Below are positions 52,288-61,229 of a DNA stretch of 64,000 bases, in pieces. The DNA comes from Bacteroidales bacterium (lineage in GTDB: Bacteria; Bacteroidota; Bacteroidia; Bacteroidales; VadinHA17): NCBI GenBank assembly GCA_041303295.1, contig JBFYPM010000133.1, positions 5,637-69,636 of the forward strand. Direction: 5' to 3'. Every line of letters begins with the position of its first letter. The first letter of the stretch is position 1. Made by a program: the position numbers and the translations under genes. The notes beneath the pieces were generated by a model. That model searched no databases. It saw only the letters and a program-made list of their open reading frames with translations, and had not been told where the DNA came from.

Positions 52288-52724
52288 AAGACGTTGCACG
52301 GTTTCTGTCACTTGGGAAGTACGCTGTGGCAGGTGTGTCAAGAGACCCGAAGAAATTCGGACAACAGATGTTTAAAGATCTCCGGAAAAAGGGGATGGAC
52401 GTTGTACCAGTCAATCCCAGGGCAGACACTATCGACGGTGTAAAATGCTACAACTCGGTGAGCGAACTGCCCTCTGACATCAGGGGAGTAATTTTCATGA
52501 CACCAAAAGAGGAGACTCTCTCGGTAGCCAGGGAGGCAATTGCACACGGAGTAAAAGATCTCTGGATCCAGCAGGGGGCGGAATCAAAAACCGTAATTGA
52601 AGAACTGGAAAAGGAAGATCTCAACCTGATCCACAACCAGTGCATCATGATGTTCTGGAAACCCAACGGAATCCATTCCTTTCACCGGTTTCTGAAGAAA
52701 ATCTTCGGGGGACTGCCCGCCTGA
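52284..52724 (+). CDS. CoA-binding domain protein (YccU/YneT-like)
   Basis: YAVAGVSRDPKKFG, PVNP, small Rossmann-like 146-aa protein; 4-nt overlap with upstream gene. Confidence 0.75.
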   Translation: MKDVARFLSLGKYAVAGVSRDPKKFGQQMFKDLRKKGMDVVPVNPRADTIDGVKCYNSVSELPSDIRGVIFMTPKEETLSVAREAIAHGVKDLWIQQGAESKTVIEELEKEDLNLIHNQCIMMFWKPNGIHSFHRFLKKIFGGLPA

Positions 52725-52755
52725 GGAAAAATTTTCGATTCTCGCGAAGTTAAGG

Positions 52756-52788
52756 CAACAGGCAACATGGTCTAACCTGTTGTTTTTT
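52756..52788 (+). terminator. rho-independent terminator after the CoA-binding protein gene
   Basis: CAACAGG-13 nt loop-CCTGTTG followed by T6. Confidence 0.65.
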
Positions 52789-52817
52789 AGCTATTTATAT
52801 GAATTTCTCACAATTAT

Positions 52818-52831
52818 TGTTCCACGTGAAA
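52818..52831 (-). promoter_or_regulatory. 14-mer TTTCACGTGGAACA (minus strand), copy of the ade palindrome motif
   Basis: Plus strand reads TGTTCCACGTGAAA; identical to 60546-60559. Confidence 0.4.
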
Positions 52832-52835
52832 ATAA

Positions 52836-54629
52836 TCAGGTTTTAAGGGCTGCAAAGAGAATCGCGGCTCTTTTAGTGCCCAGGGTCACCTCAAGCTCTT
52901 CCAGGGATGCTTCCGAAATTTTTCTCAACGACCCGAACTTTTTCAGGAGGAGTTCCTTGGTCTTCTCCCCTATGCCGGGAATTTCATCGAGGAATGAGCT
53001 GTTCATCTTTGAGCTTCGCTTGCTCCGGTGGAAATTTATTCCGAACCTGTGAGCTTCGTTTCTCAGGTGCTGGATTATTTTCAGGGTTATACTGTTCCTG
53101 TCGAGATAAAGCGGAACGCTGTCACCCGGGAAATATATTTCCTCGAGTTTTTTTGCAATCCCTATCACGGTGATCTTTCCCCTCAGGCCGAGATTATCAA
53201 GACTTTTCACGGCTGAAGATAACTGTCCTTTGCCACCGTCGATCACTATAAGCTGGGGAAGAGGACTGCTTTCGCTGAGCATCCTTGCGTAACGTCTTGA
53301 TATCACCTCCTCCATTGAGGCAAAGTCGTCAGGACCGGCCACAGTCTTAATATTGAAATGGCGGTATTCCCTGTTTGAAGGTTTCCCGTTGCGGAAAACC
53401 ACGCATGCCGCCACGGCTGACTCACCCTGGATATTGGAGTTGTCGAAACATTCGATATGAAGGGGCAAGGCGGGCATGTGAAGGTCTTTCATCATCTTCT
53501 CAAGGTTACGGGCTGTCCTGTTCTCTTTTGACTGCTCTGCGGCCTTTTTCTGCCTCTCAAGCCTGAAGAAGACGGCATTCCGGTTTGCAAGCTCCAGGAG
53601 CTTATGCCTGTCGCCCCTCTGCGGTACAGAATATTTAACCTTATCAAGCAGGATATCCGGCATAAACGGAACCACCGCCTCGGGAGAGTCGCTTGCCACC
53701 CGTTGCCTTATCTCTGTAACGGCGGTCGATAGTAGTGATTCCTTCTCCTCTTCGAGCCTGATTTTCAGCTCAATGGAGTATGTCTGAACAACGGCACCCT
53801 CTACAACCTTCATGTATGCGATAAACATTGAAGCCTCATCCTGCGAACAGCCAAAAACATCCACGTTACGGACTGAAGTATTGACAACCACGGACTTGCT
53901 GCGGTAGCGTGCAATAAGATCGAGCTTCTCCTTAATCTTCTGAGCCTCCTCAAACCGTAGTTCCGATGCATATTTCTTCATTAGCGTCTGCAGGTGAGTG
54001 TTGACGGCACTCACATCGCCCTTGATAATCTGTTTAATCCTCTCTATCTGTTGATTATATTCTTCTTCGTTTATGAGGCCTATGCAAGGAGCCTTGCAGT
54101 TTCCTATGTGATATTCAAGGCAGACCTTGAACTTACCCTCTGCAATGCCCTTGTTGCTTAGGGGAAGCGAACATGTCCTTATCTGGAATAGTTGCCGGAT
54201 CAGATCAAGTAATGTGCGTACGGCCGGGACAGAGGTATAAGGACCGTGGTATGACGACCCGTCGGCTATCAGCTTGCGAGTCAGGAATACCCTCGGAAAG
54301 TGCTCATTTTTAATGCATATCCAGGGATATGTCTTGTCGTCCTTCAGAAGGATATTATACCTGGGCTGGTGTTTTTTTATAAGGCTGTTCTCAAGCAGCA
54401 ACGCATCAGATTCATTGTCGACTACGATATGCCGGAGGTCTGTGGCACGGGAGAGCATGACCTGTGTCTTGCCCGACTGATTTTTAGCGAAATAAGAGGC
54501 AACGCGTTTGCGCAGGCTTCGGGCTTTACCAACGTAAAGTAATGTTCCTGAGGCATCTATGAACTGGTAAACACCAGGCTTGTCAGGAAGTCTTGAGACA
54601 GTCGATTTTATAGTATCTTTTTCAGGCAA
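52836..54629 (-). CDS. uvrC: excinuclease ABC subunit C
   Basis: GIY-YIG N-terminus (PGVYQFIDASGTLLYVGKARSLRKRV), UVR domain, endonuclease V-like domain, C-terminal (HhH)2 (IPGIGEKT); only in-frame start candidate is TTG at 54629. Confidence 0.95.
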   Translation of the reverse strand: MPEKDTIKSTVSRLPDKPGVYQFIDASGTLLYVGKARSLRKRVASYFAKNQSGKTQVMLSRATDLRHIVVDNESDALLLENSLIKKHQPRYNILLKDDKTYPWICIKNEHFPRVFLTRKLIADGSSYHGPYTSVPAVRTLLDLIRQLFQIRTCSLPLSNKGIAEGKFKVCLEYHIGNCKAPCIGLINEEEYNQQIERIKQIIKGDVSAVNTHLQTLMKKYASELRFEEAQKIKEKLDLIARYRSKSVVVNTSVRNVDVFGCSQDEASMFIAYMKVVEGAVVQTYSIELKIRLEEEKESLLSTAVTEIRQRVASDSPEAVVPFMPDILLDKVKYSVPQRGDRHKLLELANRNAVFFRLERQKKAAEQSKENRTARNLEKMMKDLHMPALPLHIECFDNSNIQGESAVAACVVFRNGKPSNREYRHFNIKTVAGPDDFASMEEVISRRYARMLSESSPLPQLIVIDGGKGQLSSAVKSLDNLGLRGKITVIGIAKKLEEIYFPGDSVPLYLDRNSITLKIIQHLRNEAHRFGINFHRSKRSSKMNSSFLDEIPGIGEKTKELLLKKFGSLRKISEASLEELEVTLGTKRAAILFAALKT

Positions 54630-54657
54630 TTCAGGTTGATTGGAACTGGATTCTGCC

Positions 54658-54665
54658 CAAAGTTA
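54658..54665 (-). promoter_or_regulatory. -7 box TAacTTTG (uvrC)
   Basis: 29 nt upstream of the TTG start. Confidence 0.4.
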
Positions 54666-54674
54666 GAAAAGAAA

Positions 54675-54729
54675 GGCAATAGGCAATAAAGGTCAGTCGG
54701 CAGTCTTCAGTCCTTAGTCGGCAGTATGA
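54675..54729. repeat. heptad array GGCAATA x2, then AGTCGGC AGTCTTC AGTCCTT AGTCGGC AGTATGA
   Basis: AGT(C) at 54695, 54702, 54709, 54716, 54723. Confidence 0.85.
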
Positions 54730-54853
54730 GGGTCAGGCGTAGCAGGAGACTCAATACCTATAACGAAGTACGCCAGGAGAGCAACGGGAGTACACATCAG
54801 ATGTTGATCAAAGACCTTAATATCCTGTATATCAGTGTATAAAGGACGGGGGT

Positions 54854-56497
54854 TCAAATTTTCTTCCCCGGGTAGGTTTTCTGAATAAAGAGCGGGACAT
54901 GTGTGAAGGAGAGGCCGTCAAACAGGCCACGATCGCTGAGCTTCAGGCGCGGTATCACCAGAAGGGCCATGAAGGAGAGGGTCATGTAAGGAGCATCGAG
55001 GTGGCAGCCGAAGCTTCTGACGGTCTCTGATAAACGCTCATAGCGTGAGGCCATCGCCGTTACAGGCATATCTGACATGATACCCGCAATCGGGAGTTTG
55101 AGGATATCTGTGCCCTCATCTGAGACAGCTGACATGCCACCCTCTGCCTCGACAATCAGGTTAATTGCGGTAACAATGTCACGGTCATTGGTGCCCACGG
55201 CAATTATATTATGACTGTCGTGTGCCACGGATGATGCCATGGCTCCCCTCTTCAGCCCGAAACCTTTAATAAAGCCGACAGCCGGAGGCTTGTCGTTATA
55301 TCTCTCCTTGACAACAATTTTGAGCAGATCTTGATCCGGAAGAGGAATAACAAACTGGTCGTCTCCTGCAGGCATCTCTTCGCAACCTGTTACCAGGGAG
55401 CCATTTTCAGCAATGATTACGCGTATTTTACCCCCCTCGTTTGGTACACGTATCTCATCGGTAAGCAAACGGGTACATTTGAATCTGTTAATTTTTTTTA
55501 TTTCTCCCGGGCTGAACAGCGCCATTTCTCCATCGAAAACAAGCTCTCCGTCAATCCAGGTCTGCATAACATTCATTTTGGACGGGTCATCCACCACGAT
55601 GAAATCAGCCGGGTCACCAACACGAAGTAATCCGGCATTAATGCCGTAATGCTCCACTGTGTTGAAAGAAGAAGCCCGTATTACGTTGAAGATGTCGTAT
55701 CCCATCCCGATCAATCGCGCCACAATTTTATTAATATGGCCTTTTGCCAGTGTTTCCGGATGAAGGTCGTCAGTACAGATCATCACCTTTTCAGGGTAAT
55801 AGTTAAGAAGTGGTGCAAGGACTTCGAGATTTTTTGCTGCGCTACCCTCCCTTATAAGAATTTTCATTCCTCCTGAAATCTTCTCGAGGGCCTCCTCAAG
55901 TGATGTGCACTCATGATCGGTTGAGATACCAGAGTCAATATACTTCTTTAAGTCGCCTCCTGTCAGCCCGGGTGCATGCCCGTCTATCGGGACGCCTGCC
56001 TTTTTAGCAGCTTCAAGCTTCCTGTAAACCTCGCTGTCGTCATATATAACCCCGGGGAAATTCATCATCTCAGCGAGGAGACCAACCCGTTTATCCTTGA
56101 GAAGTTCTTCAATATCCTCCGCTCCTATTCGTGCTCCTGCGCTCTCCGAAGAAGTTGCCGGCACGCACGAAGGAGCCCCGAAGAGCATCTTTACCGGTAC
56201 TGATTCCGCATTATCAAGCATGAATTTCACACCCTCCTTGCCCATGACATTGGCAATTTCATGCGGATCTGCAACAACGGCAACAGTCCCTTGCTTCACC
56301 GCTGCAACGGCGAAATGGGATGGTACAAGCATACTGCTTTCAATATGCACATGCGCATCGGCGAAGCCGGGCAATATAAACAGAGCGGGGCTTTCATTAT
56401 TTTCAACTATTTTTTCTATTTTTCCAGCTGAAATAGTAATGGTACCGGGGTAAATGCGCCTCTGGTGCAGATCAATAATTCTTCCTGAAACTTTCAT
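54854..56497 (-). CDS. ade: adenine deaminase
   Basis: Amidohydrolase metal motif PGFADAHVHIESS, HEIA, DGH, later conserved SVAHDSHNI; ORF-track start 56509 is TTG, ATG at 56497. Confidence 0.9.
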   Translation of the reverse strand: MKVSGRIIDLHQRRIYPGTITISAGKIEKIVENNESPALFILPGFADAHVHIESSMLVPSHFAVAAVKQGTVAVVADPHEIANVMGKEGVKFMLDNAESVPVKMLFGAPSCVPATSSESAGARIGAEDIEELLKDKRVGLLAEMMNFPGVIYDDSEVYRKLEAAKKAGVPIDGHAPGLTGGDLKKYIDSGISTDHECTSLEEALEKISGGMKILIREGSAAKNLEVLAPLLNYYPEKVMICTDDLHPETLAKGHINKIVARLIGMGYDIFNVIRASSFNTVEHYGINAGLLRVGDPADFIVVDDPSKMNVMQTWIDGELVFDGEMALFSPGEIKKINRFKCTRLLTDEIRVPNEGGKIRVIIAENGSLVTGCEEMPAGDDQFVIPLPDQDLLKIVVKERYNDKPPAVGFIKGFGLKRGAMASSVAHDSHNIIAVGTNDRDIVTAINLIVEAEGGMSAVSDEGTDILKLPIAGIMSDMPVTAMASRYERLSETVRSFGCHLDAPYMTLSFMALLVIPRLKLSDRGLFDGLSFTHVPLFIQKTYPGKKI

Positions 56498-56514
56498 AGT
56501 ATAGAACAAAATAT

Positions 56515-56532
56515 GTGTTCCACGTGGAACAC
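56515..56532. promoter_or_regulatory. perfect 18-bp palindrome GTGTTCCACGTGGAACAC upstream of ade
   Basis: Self-complementary over all 18 nt; 18 nt upstream of the ade ATG (56497), 7 nt after mnmG stop. Confidence 0.6.
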
Positions 56533-56538
56533 TTTGGT

Positions 56539-58413
56539 TTACCTGCCTAGATACATGAACAGAATAGAGACGTCAGAGGTTGAAACACCGCTGATTCTGG
56601 AGGCTTGACCGATTGTGCCCGGTCTGATTTTTTCAAGCTTCTGCCGGCCTTCCGTTGATATTGAAGCCAGTTCATCGTAGTTAATGTCTTCCGGAATCTT
56701 AAGATCTTCCAGACGTTTAATCTTATCGGCTACACCTCTTTCTCTTTCCAGGTAGCCTGAATACTTAATCCTTATTTCGGCTGCTTCAATAATCTCTCTT
56801 TTTCTGTCAGTGCGATTGTGAGGCAGCCACTCGCCTTCCTTTATTACACCCAGAAGTTCTTCAAGATCAACCTGGGGTCTGGTAGCAATGTTAAGGGCTT
56901 TGACTTTCTGACCAATTTCAGAGGTTCCCCGTTCTGCGAGGAAGGAATTGATCTCTGCAGGTGAAATACTGTAAGTTTTCAGAAATTCTATGATCCTCTC
57001 TGCCATGCTGTATTTTTCCTCAAGTCTGTGCATTCTCTCCTTCCCGGCAGTACCAAGGATAAATGCCTTCGGTGTCAGTCTCTCGTCTGCGTTGTCCTGC
57101 CGTAATAAGATCCTGTACTCTGCTCTAGAGGTAAACATCCGGTATGGCTCATCTACACCCTTTGTAACAAGGTCATCGATCAGTACTCCAATATATGCTT
57201 CATCTCTATTCAAAATGAACTCATCCATTCCCCTTATTTTGAGAACAGCATTTATTCCCGCTATCAGGCCCTGTGCAGCAGCCTCCTCGTAACCTGTGGT
57301 TCCGTTAATCTGTCCTGCAAAATAAAGTCCCTTCACCCTCTTGGTTTCCAGGGTATGCTTAAGCTGTGTCGGCTGGAAGAAGTCATACTCTATTGCATAA
57401 CCCGGCCTGTATATTACAACCTTCTCAAGACCCCGTACCTTTTGAAGCGCATCTAACTGCGTACCCAGAGTGAGGCTGCTTGCAAACCCGTTAATATAGT
57501 ATTCATTCGTGTCCCAGCCCTCCGGCTCAAGGAAAAGCTGATGAGATTCCTTGCCAGCGAATGTAACCACCTTGTCTTCAACGCTGGGACAGTAACGAGG
57601 TCCCCTTCCTTTTATCCTTCCTGTAAAAAGCGGAGAAAATTTTAGTCCAGCCCTCAGTACCTCGTGTGCCTCCTGGTTAGTGTGCGTTATAAAACAGCTT
57701 CTCTCATCATTTATATGTACACTGTCATGAAGGTATGAGAAACATCTCCCGTCACCGTCGCCTTTTTGCTCAGCCATAGCCCCGAAATCGACACTCCTGC
57801 CATCAACCCTGGCGCTCGTACCTGTCTTCAGTCGTTCCACACTGAATCCTGCCTCTTTTAGCTGGTCGCTTATTCCCTTTGAGGCTCCATCGCCGGATCT
57901 TCCTCCGGCCATTGTATTGAAGCCGACGTGCATCAGACCATTCAAAAACGTACCGTTTGTAAGAATGACCGCTTCAGCCCTGAACTCTGTTCCAAAAGTT
58001 GTTTTTACCCCGCATACTCTTCCCTTTTCTATTACCAGGCTATTTGCCTGCTCCTGCCATATGTTCAGATTACCGGTTCCCTCAAGGGCCTTCCGCCACT
58101 CCCTGCTGAATAACATCCTGTCACACTGGGCTCTCGGACTCCACATTGCAGGACCCTTGCTCTGGTTGAGCATCCTGAATTGAATCATAGTGCGGTCAGT
58201 AATAATGCCTGACATACCCCCTAATGCATCTATCTCTCTCACTATCTGGCCTTTGGCAATGCCGCCCATAGCAGGATTGCATGACATCTGCGCAAGTTTC
58301 GTCATGTCCATTGTAACGAGCAGTGTCTTAGCCCCCATAGTAGCGGCAATAAAAGCCGCCTCACAGCCTGCGTGACCGCCGCCTACAACAATTATATCAT
58401 ATTTGAAGTTCAT
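56539..58413 (-). CDS. mnmG: tRNA uridine-5-carboxymethylaminomethyl(34) synthesis enzyme MnmG
   Basis: FAD motif [38 protein letters not shown]. Confidence 0.97.
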   Translation of the reverse strand: MNFKYDIIVVGGGHAGCEAAFIAATMGAKTLLVTMDMTKLAQMSCNPAMGGIAKGQIVREIDALGGMSGIITDRTMIQFRMLNQSKGPAMWSPRAQCDRMLFSREWRKALEGTGNLNIWQEQANSLVIEKGRVCGVKTTFGTEFRAEAVILTNGTFLNGLMHVGFNTMAGGRSGDGASKGISDQLKEAGFSVERLKTGTSARVDGRSVDFGAMAEQKGDGDGRCFSYLHDSVHINDERSCFITHTNQEAHEVLRAGLKFSPLFTGRIKGRGPRYCPSVEDKVVTFAGKESHQLFLEPEGWDTNEYYINGFASSLTLGTQLDALQKVRGLEKVVIYRPGYAIEYDFFQPTQLKHTLETKRVKGLYFAGQINGTTGYEEAAAQGLIAGINAVLKIRGMDEFILNRDEAYIGVLIDDLVTKGVDEPYRMFTSRAEYRILLRQDNADERLTPKAFILGTAGKERMHRLEEKYSMAERIIEFLKTYSISPAEINSFLAERGTSEIGQKVKALNIATRPQVDLEELLGVIKEGEWLPHNRTDRKREIIEAAEIRIKYSGYLERERGVADKIKRLEDLKIPEDINYDELASISTEGRQKLEKIRPGTIGQASRISGVSTSDVSILFMYLGR

Positions 58414-58832
58414 TCGGCATATGATAAGGCCAGATACATCTCCTCCATCTCTGACATCCTCCTCTTCTCCTCTGCTGTTCTGTCATCATATCCGCATAAA
58501 TGCAGAAATCCATGAAATATTACTCTCTTCATCTCAGAGATACCGGATACACCAAATTTCTCCGCATTCTCCCTGACTCTCTCTGCGCTTATATAAATTT
58601 CTCCGTTTACGGTTTTCCCGTTGTTATAATCAAAAGTTATAATGTCCGTATAATAGTCGTGTCCAAGAAACTCATTATTTATTTCATAAACCTTGTCATC
58701 GCTTGTAATGATCACATCCACCACACCACCCTTCATACCCGAGTCGCTGACAATACGGTTTATCACCTTCTTTATCATCCTGCTTTCACGCAGCCTGAAT
58801 TTTTCAATATCGTAGTGAAAGTTTATCCTCAA
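58410..58832 (-). CDS. ybeY: rRNA maturation RNase YbeY
   Basis: Zinc motif [11 protein letters not shown]; 140 aa; 4-nt overlap with mnmG. Confidence 0.95.
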   Translation of the reverse strand: MRINFHYDIEKFRLRESRMIKKVINRIVSDSGMKGGVVDVIITSDDKVYEINNEFLGHDYYTDIITFDYNNGKTVNGEIYISAERVRENAEKFGVSGISEMKRVIFHGFLHLCGYDDRTAEEKRRMSEMEEMYLALSYAE

Positions 58833-58836
58833 GACC

Positions 58837-59229
58837 TCAGTACCTGAAATGCATTTTTACCTCATTGCCGGTATCATTGTATTCAATTGCATCAGCAAGG
58901 CTCCTCATAATAAACACTCCCCGACCGTGAAGGTTTTCAATATTTGCCGGATCAGTCGGATCAGGCAGGGAATTATAACTGAATCCTTCACCCTCATCTG
59001 TTACAGTAACGTCAAACATATTTCCGTCTGCAGTAAAATTCACAGTCACCATCTTACTTATGTCACCCTTGTTTCCGTGTAAAATAGCGTTATTAACCGC
59101 TTCAACTGTTGAAATCAATATCTTTCCGTACACTTCGTCCGGAATACCAAGCTTTTTTGATAATGTATCAACCAGCGTTTCGACAACACGCAGCTTCTCA
59201 ATGTCTGAATTTATAGTAATGCTTTCCAT
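58837..59229 (-). CDS. RsbW/SpoIIAB-like anti-sigma-type ATP-binding protein (HATPase_c_2)
   Basis: N-box EAVNNAILHG, G1 DEGEGF, G2 HGRGVFIM in a 130-aa single-domain protein. Confidence 0.7.
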   Translation of the reverse strand: MESITINSDIEKLRVVETLVDTLSKKLGIPDEVYGKILISTVEAVNNAILHGNKGDISKMVTVNFTADGNMFDVTVTDEGEGFSYNSLPDPTDPANIENLHGRGVFIMRSLADAIEYNDTGNEVKMHFRY

Positions 59230-59286
59230 CCTAATTCCCTATCTATTTTTAAACTGACAGGGCATCTATTTTGTTGCAAAATTTAG

Positions 59287-60468
59287 TCATTTTTTTAACA
59301 GCCACAGTTCAGGGTCAAGCTTTTTCTTTTCCTCATAGATCATAAATTTCAGAACGGACTTTCCTCCGTTATCATTGTCGAGGTAAACATCACCCAGTTC
59401 CTGTCCTATTGAAACTGTGTCTCCGGCCTTCACCCTTACGCTAACAATATTCTGGTAAACCGTCAGGTATTTGCCGTGCCTGACAATTACAGCCATATTA
59501 GCCCCGGAAATAGCAAAAACTCTTACAACCTCTCCCTTAAAAACAGATTTTGCCCTGGTCGCACCAGCTGAGGTAAGCTCAATCCCGATGTTATCTTCAG
59601 TTACATTCTTTAGAACCGGATGTTTCTGAAGACCAAAATGACTTGTTATAATGCCCTTTTCAACCGGCCAGGGGAGGCGACCCCTGTTATCACCAAATGA
59701 TTCCCCGATAACCTTCATCTCACTACTCATCGGGGTTTTTATGCTTCTCTGTCTCTCCTCCTCGATAAGCCTTTCTATTTCCTTTTCAATCTGCCTGGCA
59801 ATACGTTTCTTCTCGTCAAGCTCCTGCTTTAGCTGTTTTTCCTTCCTGCTAAGAGACGTCACAAGTCTCTCCTTCTTATTTTGCTCTTCACTGAGTAGCT
59901 GTTTCTGCCTTACTTCCTTATTCTTCAGATCATTAATGTTCCTTCGATCCCTCTCGAGCCTTTCCTTCGTTCCCTGAAGCTCAACATATATTGTCTCAAT
60001 TGTCTCTGTTTCCTTTCTCCTGTACCTGGCAACCTGCTGTATATACTTTAGCCTCTTGTAACCCTGGTTAAAGTCAGCAGACGCCAGGATGAATGCTACA
60101 GCAGGAGTGCCCTTTGTAGCTTTATGCGCACTTATGATAGAATTTGCATACTCATTCTTAAGGTTGGTCAGATCCTGCTCCAGCATCTCTGTTGCAAGGC
60201 GGTTCAGAGAGATCCGGTATTCCAGCAGGCTTATTTCCTCACCATATTCATTTATCAACTTCTGCCTGAGATTCAATTTCTTCCCTATAACCCTAAGTTC
60301 ATTCAGATTCTCATTCTTCTGGGTTGCCGTGGTTTTAAGCATCCTGTCAACATATTCGATCTCCTGCAAATTTTTCTTACGCAGCTCCTCCAGATCAGCC
60401 CTCGACTGTCCAGCCAGGCAACCAGAAAATGCGATGAACAATGTAATTATTAACAGTTTACCTCTCAT
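59287..60468 (-). CDS. EnvC-like murein hydrolase activator (coiled coil plus degenerate LytM/M23 domain)
   Basis: Signal/lipobox-like N-terminus, about 230-aa heptad-rich region, C-terminal LytM fold in which the HxxxD and HxH metal ligands are replaced (NIGIEL; VLKFMIYE). Confidence 0.75.
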   Translation of the reverse strand: MRGKLLIITLFIAFSGCLAGQSRADLEELRKKNLQEIEYVDRMLKTTATQKNENLNELRVIGKKLNLRQKLINEYGEEISLLEYRISLNRLATEMLEQDLTNLKNEYANSIISAHKATKGTPAVAFILASADFNQGYKRLKYIQQVARYRRKETETIETIYVELQGTKERLERDRRNINDLKNKEVRQKQLLSEEQNKKERLVTSLSRKEKQLKQELDEKKRIARQIEKEIERLIEEERQRSIKTPMSSEMKVIGESFGDNRGRLPWPVEKGIITSHFGLQKHPVLKNVTEDNIGIELTSAGATRAKSVFKGEVVRVFAISGANMAVIVRHGKYLTVYQNIVSVRVKAGDTVSIGQELGDVYLDNDNGGKSVLKFMIYEEKKKLDPELWLLKK

Positions 60469-61229
60469 AAATTGCTTCTCTTATATGAAGGCAGAGCGAA
60501 TTCAATATCTGTATCATACACTGCTTCAAGCTCTTCAATTGTCAGTTTCACGTGGAACATTCTTTTCTTTTCATGCATCATTATACGTGAGGCATACCTG
60601 GTGTCACCAACGCTTTGGAACTCGCTAAAATTCAGAGTAATTTCCTGCCCTGTACTGCCGGAGGAAATACGCTCTTCGCATATCTTCATCTCTTCAGGGC
60701 ATATTCGTACCTCTCTCTCAAAATCCTCATCTGCAGCAGAAAAGATTAAACCATCTCCGTATACCGGCTTGAAATTATGTTTTCCATATTCCGGAAAATC
60801 TCCGAAGATAATTTCCATGAAGTCCACTGGCATGCCATGTCTTCCAAGAACTTCCTCCTTTTTTCCAATATAGACAGTTCTGCTTATCCGGTCAATTGCA
60901 GCAATGTCATCACCAACAGAAAGAAGTCTTATCAGCTCTATCCCCAATGGCCCTCTTACAGATGCGTAAAAATCACCCTTTCTGTTAAGCCTTACGTTCA
61001 GGCCGAAACTACCATCAATCTCTGTACCTTCGAGTTCAATTCTTCCTTTCCTGATAACAAATCCTCTGTCAGTAACATTGTAATCAGAAACCGCCCTCAT
61101 TATTGACGCGTAATCGGCTTCCGTCACGGCAACACCCCTTTCCGTAATCTTCCGCTTCCTTGCAGCCGCGCAGCCTGTAAGGAGTATAATGAGTAAGGCT
61201 ACTGACCCGATAATGATTATCTGGCGCAT
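60465..61229 (-). CDS. lipoprotein (DUF4292-like)
   Basis: Lipobox LLTGC; position between TPR lipoprotein and M23/EnvC-like gene as in other Bacteroidota. Confidence 0.55.
   Translation of the reverse strand: MRQIIIIGSVALLIILLTGCAAARKRKITERGVAVTEADYASIMRAVSDYNVTDRGFVIRKGRIELEGTEIDGSFGLNVRLNRKGDFYASVRGPLGIELIRLLSVGDDIAAIDRISRTVYIGKKEEVLGRHGMPVDFMEIIFGDFPEYGKHNFKPVYGDGLIFSAADEDFEREVRICPEEMKICEERISSGSTGQEITLNFSEFQSVGDTRYASRIMMHEKKRMFHVKLTIEELEAVYDTDIEFALPSYKRSNL
60546..60559 (+). promoter_or_regulatory. 14-mer TTTCACGTGGAACA, copy of the ade palindrome motif
   Basis: Inside the 3' end of the DUF4292-like CDS, about 80 nt upstream of the EnvC-like gene start (60468). Confidence 0.4.

Noticed and set aside
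54841-54875. tRNA-like T-loop (GGTTCAAAT)
   Set aside because: It lies across the ade stop codon, and the flanking bases do not form a T-stem or acceptor stem.
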